DNA of 63,974 nucleotides, filler included, from Conidiobolus incongruus B7586 (Eukaryota): NCBI GenBank assembly GCA_000697335.1. It is 12 parts of 12 records of this genome, joined end to end, with 100 filler letters (N's around TTAATTAATTAA, not from the genome) between each part and the next. Parts side by side here need not be neighbours in the genome. Positions count along the whole stretch, not along the records: positions 47,636 to 55,457 come from JNEM01007336.1; positions 55,558 to 57,088 come from JNEM01007337.1; positions 57,189 to 59,840 come from JNEM01007339.1; positions 59,941 to 62,660 come from JNEM01007340.1; positions 62,761 to 63,974 come from JNEM01007371.1; 7 more parts are not named here. One strand, 5' to 3'. Shown piece by piece: positions 53,901 to 63,974 of this stretch (position 1 is its first letter; each line of letters starts with the position of its first letter). The notes under the pieces were generated by a model. It saw only the letters and a program-made list of their open reading frames with translations, ran no database searches and was not told where the DNA came from. The position numbers and the translations under genes were made by a program.

Positions 53901-55457
53901 ATTTAACTAGTATTAGCTAACCAATCCCCTTGTTTTTTAACATCTACTAAAAACTTCTTTAGTTTGTTAGTTTAAGGGTTAATATTGTATACAGCCTAAT
54001 TATTCTCATTTACTAGGTGTTGTAAGTTTATTTAAACCTATTAAGGGTTTTTTATAAGGGTTAGATTTTAAGGGAATAAAGGGAGGGCTTTAATATCTAC
54101 TTTATGGTTTAGTTACTCATTTTAGTTACTAAGGGTTTTATTATTTTTATTCTCTATAAAAGTTTTAATTATATTTTAATTTGAGGTTAAGAATATAAAA
54201 AATAAAAGTTATTCTTAGAAGAGTTTAGTGAAATTTTCATAAAATTAGTTTGCTATGATCTTTTTAATTTATTCTTCTCTAATTAAAAAAGATGGGGATT
54301 CTAGTGCTAATGCTAGTTTAACTACTGTAAAGTGATTTAAATTTAAGCTTTAGGGTAATCTTGCTATATCCTATAGGTATTACTACTGTTGATAATGAGT
54401 TGTTTCTTAGTGTCAAGGATTTAAGTAAAAGTTGAATATTATATCTGTTAGATATATTAAAAGGTAGGGACAAGTATTAATAAAGTAGATTTCTTATAAA
54501 TCACAAATATCTATAATATCTTTAATTAAAAGTTACAAAGATTTGATGTTATCTTAATTCTTAATATAATTACTCTTTGATAAATAATAACTTAAAGATT
54601 TAAGTAATCTAATAGATTTATTATGGAAAAAAATATCTTTATTATAATAGTTGTAATTATGGTTATATATCTATAGTAATTAATAGATTATAACTTACTT
54701 TCTAAAAGGTTAAAGTTTATCAATATCAAGATAACAACTATAGATAACAAGTGAGGTTTTGCTATATATAAGTAAATTAAAAAGGATGTTAATATTAAAT
54801 AATATTATAGAAGTAGCTTAATTATCAAAATACTTACTGGTAACAGAAATTAAAACTTATTATATCTATCTTAAGTTTTTTTAATTTATTAAAATTTATA
54901 ATATATAGAATCAATTAATTCTATAAATTAAAAAGTTATTAATTTTGTTTTGTATTTCTTGAATATATTTTTAAAGCTAATCTAAACCTTTTATTCAGGG
55001 AAAAACTTTAATAGCTTTTATTAACTAATCTTAAAAATATTTATTTAAATTAAATTTAAGAAATTAAAAAAAACTATTTTATAATTATTATTTTGTTATT
55101 TTTAACCTATTTGATAGTATAAGCTATAATAAAGTTAGATATATTATTATATTGGAAAATTATATTTAATTTGTATAAATTATATTATTTAATGATTTTT
55201 TAATTTATTATATAAAATTCTCTAATATATCTCAATATTATTTCTATTATTAGTTTTATAAAGATATTTTATATTTAAAAATAATATATATTATTATATG
55301 ATAATAAATTTATCATTTCATTTTATTTAAAAATAATATAACAATTATAAACTAACTTTATTTTTTTTCAAAAAAATTTAACTTGATAAAATTATTAAAA
55401 TATATTTTTATTATATTAAAGTAAAAAACCTTATTTTAATTAGTTTCAATTCAAAAT
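47931..55457 (-). mobile_element. Tc1-like copy, very degenerate, split by LTR element C
   Basis: 47931-48155 plus 54846-55457 are collinear with 58397-59250. Confidence 0.75.
48156..54845 (-). mobile_element. Ty3/gypsy LTR retrotransposon (family C), full length, hypermutated
   Basis: 459-bp LTRs 48156-48614 and 54387-54845 (TG...CA), TSD GAAA; relics of protease FINYKAS (=DCGAS, ~51960), RT IYLNNI (=YLDD, ~50925), RNase H TIDALDY (~50480), then integrase; no chromodomain seen. Confidence 0.88.
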
Positions 55458-55769
55458 NNNNNNNNNNNNNNNNNNNNNNNNNNNNNNNNNNNNNNNNNNN
55501 NTTAATTAATTAANNNNNNNNNNNNNNNNNNNNNNNNNNNNNNNNNNNNNNNNNNNNAACAAATTTAAACAAAAAATATATATTTATTTGTAATATTATA
55601 AATATTGAAATTAATTATCCAATTTTAACTTTAAACAAATATATAATGCTAAAATTATTATATTAGAATAATCAATAATAATAACAAAATCTATAAGTTT
55701 AAATTAATTTATTAATTATTAAATTTTTTATTATTCTCTTAAAACCTTTAGTTATTTATAATATTAGCA

Positions 55770-56941
55770 ATAAAATTAAATATTAGCATAATTTTGAAAT
55801 TAAAATTAAATAAATAATTTGATAAATAATATATAAAAATTAATGAATAATTTAAAATTAATTGCCTTTTTTATTATTAATAAATTTTTTCTATATCTTT
55901 GGTAAGCTTTTAATACCTAAAAAATAGTTCTTTTTATTAAAAACTATAATTTGATATTTCACAAACTAATTTAATTTATTTATAAGATTTTTTTTCCTAT
56001 AAGCTATTTTTTAATTATCTAAAACAATTATAGTTATATGGATTATAATCGGTTGAATATACTAGATATAATAACTTTCTCCATTTTCTTATATAAAAAA
56101 TCTTTAATAGCTTTAGTCTTATATATTTTGCAATTATTATGCAAAATAATAGATATTTTTAATTTATATTAAGAATATCATTTAGAAGTTATTTTATTTA
56201 AAAAGATAATATAAAATTTACTATTAATTGATTTTCCTTGAGTTATTAAATTAGAAAACTATATATTATTATAATCCATTATAATAATTGATATTTACTT
56301 ATATTTAAGATATTTATTTATTAGAATTTATAAAGGTATTGATTTAGCTTAACCTAATATCTTGTTTTATCTTTAAGTAAAGAATTAAATAAAGGAATTT
56401 AAGATTCATCAATTATAAGTATTCATTGTAAAAAACTTTGTTTTTAGTAATATTTTAATAAGTTTAGTTTAGCTATAGTTACTTTAGTTTTCTTTTGAGT
56501 TTTTATCATATTATAAGATATTTACTTTGTATTTTTATTAATTAATCTAAGTTTAAACTTGATTAAATATAATATGCTTATAAAATTAATATTCAATTGT
56601 TTTGATAGTTCTCTAACAGAAAAAAAGATATTTTTTGATATATTTTTATATTTTATTAGTAAATAAAGGAGTAATAATATAATTTAGTTTTTTAGATTTT
56701 AGTAAATTTTGAATAATATCCTTTTTAGCTTTAAAATCACAAATTTAGTGATATATGGTAATTTTAAATAAAGCATCATCTCCATAAATTATTTGCAAGT
56801 TTTAGATGATTTTAGAAGGTTTATGGTTAAGTTTTAGAAATACAAAAATGAAAGCTTTTTGATAATCATAATTTATTTAAGTATAATTGAATTTAAATAT
56901 AAATATTATAGGTTAAAATATTTTGATAAAAAATAATTAGT

Positions 56942-56980
<39 letters not shown>

Positions 56981-57088
56981 TGAAAATATTTATATTCCTA
57001 TATATTTTATATATAAAAAATCTTTCAAAATATATAATTTTTTTGAAAGATCAGAAATTAAAAAATTTGCCATTTTTTAATTTTTAAT
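55770..57088 (-). mobile_element. Mariner copy (M1/M2 subfamily), degenerate
   Basis: Collinear with 2249-3420 plus 9185-9309, including the (TA)n tract. Confidence 0.85.
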
Positions 57089-57188
57089 NNNNNNNNNNNN
57101 NNNNNNNNNNNNNNNNNNNNNNNNNNNNNNNNTTAATTAATTAANNNNNNNNNNNNNNNNNNNNNNNNNNNNNNNNNNNNNNNNNNNN

Positions 57189-58394
57189 AATAGAAATTTA
57201 TATATTTAATATACATTATAAATTTTTTGATTAAAAAATTAACTTTTTAAAATTAATTATTTAATTTAATTATATTTAAACCAAATAATGATTATCAAAA
57301 GTCTTTTATTTTAATATCAATAAAACTTAACCATAAACCCTCTAAAATTATTTTAAATTTACAAGAAGCTTTAAATAATAAAAGATTATTTAAATCAATA
57401 ATTTATTGCTAAGTAAATTACTTTAAGGTTAAGAGAGAAATTATCTAAAACTTATTAAAATCTAGAAAACTAATTTTAATTATTATTTTTTTAATTATTA
57501 ATAAAATGAAAAAATATATTAAAAAACATCTTTTTATTTCAACTAAAGAATTATCTAAGTATTTTAATATTGGTTTTATAAGTATTTTATATGTATTAAA
57601 ATTTAAACTCAAATTAATAAATAAAAATATAAAATGGGTATCTTATAATTTAACTAAAACTTAGAAAAAAATTAAAATAATTATTGCTAAACAAAACTTA
57701 TTAAAATAAAACTAGAAGCTTAAAATTTTAAATCATAAAATTACAATTAATGAATCTTAAATTTTTATATATAATCTTTAACTAAAACATAAATTAAGTT
57801 GTTAGATTAAGCCAAACAACCCCTTTTATAAATCCTTTTAAATAAATATTTTGTTAATAAATAAATATTAATTATTGTAATGGATTATAATATTATATGC
57901 TACTTTAATTTAATTCTTGAAGGAAAATCAATTAATAATAAACTTTATATTATTTTTTAAATAAATTATTTCTAATTGTTATATTTAATATAATATGAAA
58001 AAACCTATTATTTTGTATATTAATTCTATAATATATAAATCTAAAGCTATAAAAAACTTTCTAATTAAAAATAACTGGAAAAAACTATTATATCTAGTAT
58101 TTTCCTTAGATTATAACCCATGTGATTATAATTACTTTAGGTAATTAAAAAACCAACTTACAGGAAAGAAAATTTTTATAAGAAAATTCAATTGGATTAT
58201 AAAATATCATATTTCAATTTTTAATAAAAAGAATTATTTTTAATTATTAGAAGTTTATTAAAAATAAAGCAAAAATTTATTAATTATAAAGGTATATATT
58301 ATATTTATATTATATATTTTTTTATATATTATATATTAAATTTTTTATTTATTTTTAATTACAAAGAATTCCTATTATTAAAAATACAAAGTAA
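57189..58394 (+). mobile_element. Mariner copy, degenerate, 5' end in gap
   Basis: Collinear with 43412-44383; right TIR ends ...ATACAAAGTAA at 58394. Confidence 0.88.
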
Positions 58395-58396
58395 TA

Positions 58397-59840
58397 CACT
58401 AACCTACAAAAGTGAGTCATAAAATCAAAAACACCTATATTTTTACTAATAACTTAATTAATATTTAATAAAATAAACCTAAATTAAATAATTAAAATCT
58501 ATTATATTTATTAGTTATATATATCATTAAATGATGATATTTAGCTATTAATTGGTTAAAATATAAACCCTTAAATTTTACCTAAGGTGAGTTATAAATT
58601 TGTGGGTTTTTGGTGATAAAAAAAAATTAAAACCTAGTGTATCTACCTTTAGCTTTTCTAACTTCTTTAAGTTTGTGGGGTATAGAATCAACTAACTTCT
58701 TACACTAGGAAGGGTTAATCTTGTTCCATGCTTCTTGAATATATTCTTAAAGTTGATCTAAATTTTTTACTAGGGGGAAAGCTTTAATAGCTTTTTTTAA
58801 CTGATCCTAAAGGTGTTTAATTAGATTAAAGTTAGGAGATTAAAGAAGCCACTTTATAACTGTTATCTTGTTATTTTTAAGCTATTTGGTAGTAGAAGCT
58901 GTAGTATAGCAAAAGGCATTATCTTGTTGGAAAATAACATCAGATTTATTTAACCTATACTATTTAATGGTTTTTTTTAATTCATTGTTTAGAATACTTT
59001 AGTACATCTCAGCATTAATTCCCCTATTAACTTTATAAAGATACCCTACACCTAAAAATAACATACATCCCCAAACAATAATTGACCCATCACTATACTT
59101 TTGGGTAGAATTAACATGATGGTTACAAAGTAGTTCTGCATCTTTTCTAAAGCATCTAGCTTTTTTATCAGATCCACTAAGGTATATTTTTGTTTTATCA
59201 GACCAAATAACCTTACTCTAATCAATTTTGGTTTAACATTAGTGGTAACATTTAAACTCCCACCTAGCTTTACAGTGGGATTTCTTTAGTTGGGGGTGTT
59301 TTTTCTTAAAGTGTAAGTGGTATCTATACCAACATAAAGCATGTATAATAGTATCAGTGCTAACCAATATTCCTATATAGTCTCACAGTTCCTGTTGTAT
59401 TTTTACAGCAGTACCACACTTGCTTGTATTAACCAACCTACAGATATACTTCTCATCATGTTTATCTATAATTTTAGCACACTTAAGTTTAAGTTTAAAT
59501 GTTTCTTTATTGCTATTCTTAACAACCCTAGCTATAATAGACTAACTAACACTAGTAATTCTAGCAATATCACAAGTTGATTTACCTTCTTTATAAAGTT
59601 GATTAATACACAAGTAGATTTTTTTAGAGAGGGATTTAGGTATAATGATACTAATAAAAAGAATTTAGTATATCTGTAAAATATTATATAAAATAATAAC
59701 AAAGAGAGAAAAAAGATATGGTTATATATTGTTAAATATATCCCTTTATCTCAAAAACCTGCAAATTTATGACTCACCTTGGTTAAATATTAAAGGTTAA
59801 TATTTTTGCTAATAGTTTACTAAATATATCTAAATATATT
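58397..59840 (-). mobile_element. Tc1-like (DD34E) transposon with long IR/DR-type ends; transposase pseudogene ~58640-59650
   Basis: TA|CACTAACC terminus; relics VIWSDKTK, GSIIVWGCM, VIFQQDNAFCYT, WLL*SPNFNLIKHL (=WPxQSPDLNPIEHL); 58575-58620 inverted at 59745-59790. Confidence 0.88.
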
Positions 59841-60002
59841 NNNNNNNNNNNNNNNNNNNNNNNNNNNNNNNNNNNNNNNNNNNNTTAATTAATTAANNNN
59901 NNNNNNNNNNNNNNNNNNNNNNNNNNNNNNNNNNNNNNNNTTATTATATATATTTATAAAAATTTAAAGAAAATGACTTTTTTAAAAAACTTACTAAAGG
60001 AG

Positions 60003-60589
60003 TATTAAGACTAATTCTTTAAATTCTTATATATATTTTTATATAAATTAATTAATTATAAAATATATAGTTAATTTATAATTTTATAATTCAATTTATT
60101 TTATAAATAATATTAAATTAATTAATAAATTAAATTCCTTTTTTTAATTCTTATTATATATTATTTTTTATATTATTTTTTAAAATTGAGACTATATTTT
60201 ATTAATATTATAATATATTAACATTATTTAATATATATCTTAGTATATTAGTGACTTATCTTAGTTTGAAGCTTAATTAAACTTTAATTATATTCCTATA
60301 CTATATTATCATATTGTACTGGATGCATATTAGATTTATTAGACTAATAAAGCAGGGTCAGAGTGCAAAGGAAGCTGAACCAAGAAAGGTTAATCAACAG
60401 ACTAATTACACTAGAGTCCATTTGCTGTAGAAGGTTATATTACCTAACTATTTATAGGAGAATGATTCGCGTTATGATTTATAGGAATTCTAAGAATGGT
60501 TATAAATCTGTGACATATATTCTATATTATATTACTTTTATATTAAGGGTTCCTTTATATTATATTGGTATTTTACTATTATGTTTATA
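60003..60589 (+). repeat. Family A 3' LTR preceded by PPT, interrupted by another solo LTR
   Basis: AAAGGAG then TATTAAGACTA; reverse-complement homolog of 3426-3823. Confidence 0.8.
60315..60515. repeat. Solo LTR (family D), 201 bp
   Basis: TGTAC...GTGACA with TSD CATAT/TATAT; LTR A resumes in register. Confidence 0.75.
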
Positions 60590-60745
60590 TATTTTATATT
60601 TATTTAGCAAATTAATAAGCTTTATTAAATTATTTTTATAATATTAATAAGAAATATATTTATAAAAAAATATAAAATTTAATAATAATTGATCTATTTT
60701 AAAAATTAAATAAAAATAAAACATAATATTATAGTTTATTATATA

Positions 60746-61924
60746 TTACTCTGTATTTTTAATAATGGGAATTTTTTGCAATAAAAAATAAATAAACATT
60801 TGAATATATGATATATAAAAATAAATATATAATATAAATTTAATAGTTTCTTTTATTATTAATAACTTTTTGCTATACTTTTAGCAAACTTCTAACACCT
60901 AAAAAACAGTTCTTTTTATTAAAGACTGAAATTTAATGTTTCACAAACTAATTAAATTTTTCTGCAGAAATTTTCTTTCCTGCAAGCTGGTTTTTTAATT
61001 GCTTAAAGCAATTATAATCACATAGGTTATAATCAGGGGAATATACTAGATGTGGTAGTTTTTTCAAGTTATTTTTAATTAGGAAGTTTTTTACAGCTTT
61101 AAATTTATGTATTTTGCAATTATCATGCAAAATAATAGGTTTTCTCAAATTATATTGAGAACACCAATTAGAAATACTTTTATTTAAAAAAGCAATATAT
61201 AGTTTACTATTAATTGATTTTCCTTCAGGAACTAAATAAGAATAGCATATACCATTATAATCCATTACAATAATTAACATTTGCTTATTAACAAAATGTT
61301 TATTTACAGGGATTTGTGGAGGGGGTTGATTTAGCTTAATCTAGCATCTTGATTTGTATTTTGGTAATGGATTATATATAAGGATCCAAGATTCATTAAT
61401 TGTAATTATTCACTGTAAAAGTCTAGGCTTCTAGTAATATTTCAATATGTTTTGTTTAACAATAACTACTTTAGCTTTTTTTTAAGCTTTAGTTAAATTA
61501 TAAGGTACCTATTTTATATTTTTATTTATTAATTTTAGTTTAAACTTTAAAATATATAAAATACTTGTAAAACTAATATTAAAGTGCTTAGATAATTCTC
61601 TAGCTGAAATAAAAAGGTGCTTTTCAATATATTTTTTCACTCTATTTATAATTGAAAAAGTAACAGTTGAAGTTAGTCTTCTAGATTTTAATAGGTTTTG
61701 AATAGTTTCTCTCCCAGCCTTAAAGTAATTTACCCAGCAATAAATTATTAATTTAGATAATGCTTCATTACTAAAAGCTGTTTGTAAATTTTAAATAATT
61801 TTAGAGGGTTTATGGTTAAGTCTTACTGATACCAAAATAAAAAACTTTTGATGATCACTATTTGGTTTAAGCATAATTAAATTAAACAACCAATTTTAAA
61901 AAGTTAATTTTTTAATCAAAAAAA

Positions 61925-61967
<43 letters not shown>

Positions 61968-62073
61968 TATATAATTTCCTATTAACTTTGTATATATTTA
62001 TTTATTTCAAACTAATAATATGTTTGAAAAATCAGAAATTAAAAAATTTCCCATTATTTCAAATTCAAGGTAA
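60746..62073 (-). mobile_element. Mariner copy, full length, moderately mutated
   Basis: Both TIRs with TA flanks; residual ORF 60948-61280 (LHDNCKIH, YSPDYNLCDY); (TA)n in the 5' UTR. Confidence 0.93.
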
Positions 62074-62079
62074 TAGATT

Positions 62080-62660
62080 ATTATTTATTTATTTATATAA
62101 TACTTATTTGAAAAAATTATCAAAATAATTGATTTAATTTAATTTAACATTTTAATTTATATTTTGGTGAAAAATTATATAAAAAAATCTAAGATTAATT
62201 AATTATAATGATTTTTTATCAAAACTTGGATTTTTAACTATATTCTAATAAGTTTTATTTAATAATAATATTTTTAACTTTGATATTTTAATAAAATTAT
62301 AATATAGAAATTATATATTTCTTTTAATTAATATTAAAATAAATTTTAGTATATATAAAGTAATTTTATTACAAATTTAAGAATACCTTGATAATTTTTA
62401 AACTAAATTAAAAAATTTTTTAATATATTCTTTATTTTTATTAATATTTCAAAAAATATTAATTAAAATTAGTTTTTTAAATTTTAACATATATTTGATA
62501 ATCTTTCTTATAATATTAAAAAAATTTAAATTCAATGATAAATAATTAATATAAATAATATTTTATAAATAAAAGTTGCTTATAAATTTTAAATAATTTT
62601 AAAAATTTATAGCTAAATTCAGTATTTTTTTAAATAAAAAATTACTGATAATTGTAATTT
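62080..62660 (-). mobile_element. Mariner fragment, very degenerate
   Basis: Weak collinearity with 61280-61870. Confidence 0.55.
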
Positions 62661-63029
62661 NNNNNNNNNNNNNNNNNNNNNNNNNNNNNNNNNNNNNNNN
62701 NNNNTTAATTAATTAANNNNNNNNNNNNNNNNNNNNNNNNNNNNNNNNNNNNNNNNNNNNTATTATATTATTATTAACTTAGTATTTATAATTTATATTA
62801 TAATATTTAAACTTTTTTTTAAAAAAATTTACTTATATATTGATCAATATTAATTTATTGATACTATTATTATCAATTAATTTAATATATTTAAGGTTAT
62901 TAAAAATAATTATCATAATATATTTAATATCAGATTTAAATATATATTATTGATATAAATTTATATAATAGAAAATATATTTATAAATTTATTAATATAA
63001 ATAAAAATAATTTTAATATATATAGATAT

Positions 63030-63425
63030 TATTAAGAGACTAGTTTTTTAAATTTTTATATATACTTTCATATAATTTAATTAACTATAAATTTTATGAT
63101 TAATTTATACTTTTATAGCTAAATTAATTATATAAATAACATTGAATTATCTAATAAACTAGGTTTTTTCTTCCTCTCAATTCTTACTATTTCTTATCTT
63201 TTTCATTATTTCTAAAATTGAGACTACATCTTGTCAATATTATAATATATTGGCACTACCTAATATAAATCTTAATATATTAGTGACTCATCCCAGTTTG
63301 AAGCTTAATTAAACTTTGTTTATATTTGCACCCTATAGCCACATTTTAATACCACATTTTGTATTATGTTACTTTTATATTTAGTCTTCCTCTGCACTAT
63401 ATTGGTATTTACCACCATACTTACA
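63030..63425. repeat. Solo LTR, family A
   Basis: TATTAAGAGACTAG...CTTACA, TSD GATAT/AATAT. Confidence 0.88.
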
Positions 63426-63659
63426 AATATAGTTCTATTATAAGAATCTAATAAAATAATTAAAATTATATAAAAATGATAATTAATATTATCTTAAATT
63501 TGAAATAATAGGATATTTTTTAATTTCTATTTATTCAAATATATTATTAGTTTTAAATAAATAAATATATACAAAATAAAGAGGAAATTATATTATAAGT
63601 GAATAATAATAATTAAGGCTAGAAAAAGCAAACTTATCATATTTTAAGAAATTTATAAT

Positions 63660-63974
63660 TGTAAGTGTTGTGGTAGTTAAACTAATATAGTGCAGAGGAA
63701 GACTTAATATAAAAGTAGTGTGGCGCAGAACGTGGTAATATAATGTGGCTGTAGCGTGCAAGTGTAAACAAAGTTTAATTAAGCTTCGAACTAGGATGAG
63801 TCACCGATATATTAAGATTTATATTAGGTAGTGCCAATATCCTACAATATCAACAGAATATAGTCTCAATCTTAGAAATAGTGTAAAGGTAAAAATAGTA
63901 AGAATTGAGAGGAAAAAAGAGGAACCTAGTTTATTAGATAATTTAATACTATTTATACAATTAATTTAACTATA
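63660..63974. repeat. Family A LTR, least mutated copy, runs off the window
   Basis: Starts TGTAAG; retains CpG (GGCGCAGAACGTGG, AGCGTGC, TTCGAAC, CACCGAT) lost in the other copies. Confidence 0.9.

Noticed and set aside
59341..59580. 79-aa ORF
   Set aside because: Antisense to the Tc1 transposase relic.
60363..60641. 92-aa ORF
   Set aside because: Spans two nested LTRs; chance frame.
1..63974. CRISPR arrays, rRNA or prokaryotic operons
   Set aside because: No regularly spaced repeats or rRNA motifs seen; spliceosomal introns show the DNA is eukaryotic.

Overview
Very AT-rich eukaryotic scaffold with 11 artificial 100-bp gap linkers (N44-TTAATTAATTAA-N44). Short GT-AG introns (about 45-60 nt) and the gene content indicate a fungus. 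An early-diverging, Conidiobolus-like entomophthoralean fungus is my best guess, but this is inference only. Intact genes: a secreted CAP/SCP protein, a BED-finger protein derived from a hAT transposase, Ras, a beta-TrCP/FWD-1-like F-box/WD40 protein, mitochondrial MetRS, tRNA-Trp(CCA) and an RRM-only CYP33/PPIE-like protein. These sit among nested transposons: about 13 DD34D mariner copies, 2 Tc1 copies, two near-complete Ty3/gypsy elements, a young chromovirus end and several solo LTRs. The strongest signal is repeat-restricted C-to-T/G-to-A hypermutation (CpG lost, CpA to TpA) resembling RIP. Other leads: a decayed knottin/conotoxin-like prepropeptide gene, a structured H/ACA-like RNA 7 nt upstream of tRNA-Trp, a probably domesticated hAT fragment, degron-like motifs inside the beta-TrCP homolog, and an apparently identical 412-bp inverted repeat bracketing the housekeeping cluster. 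All comparisons were made by eye.
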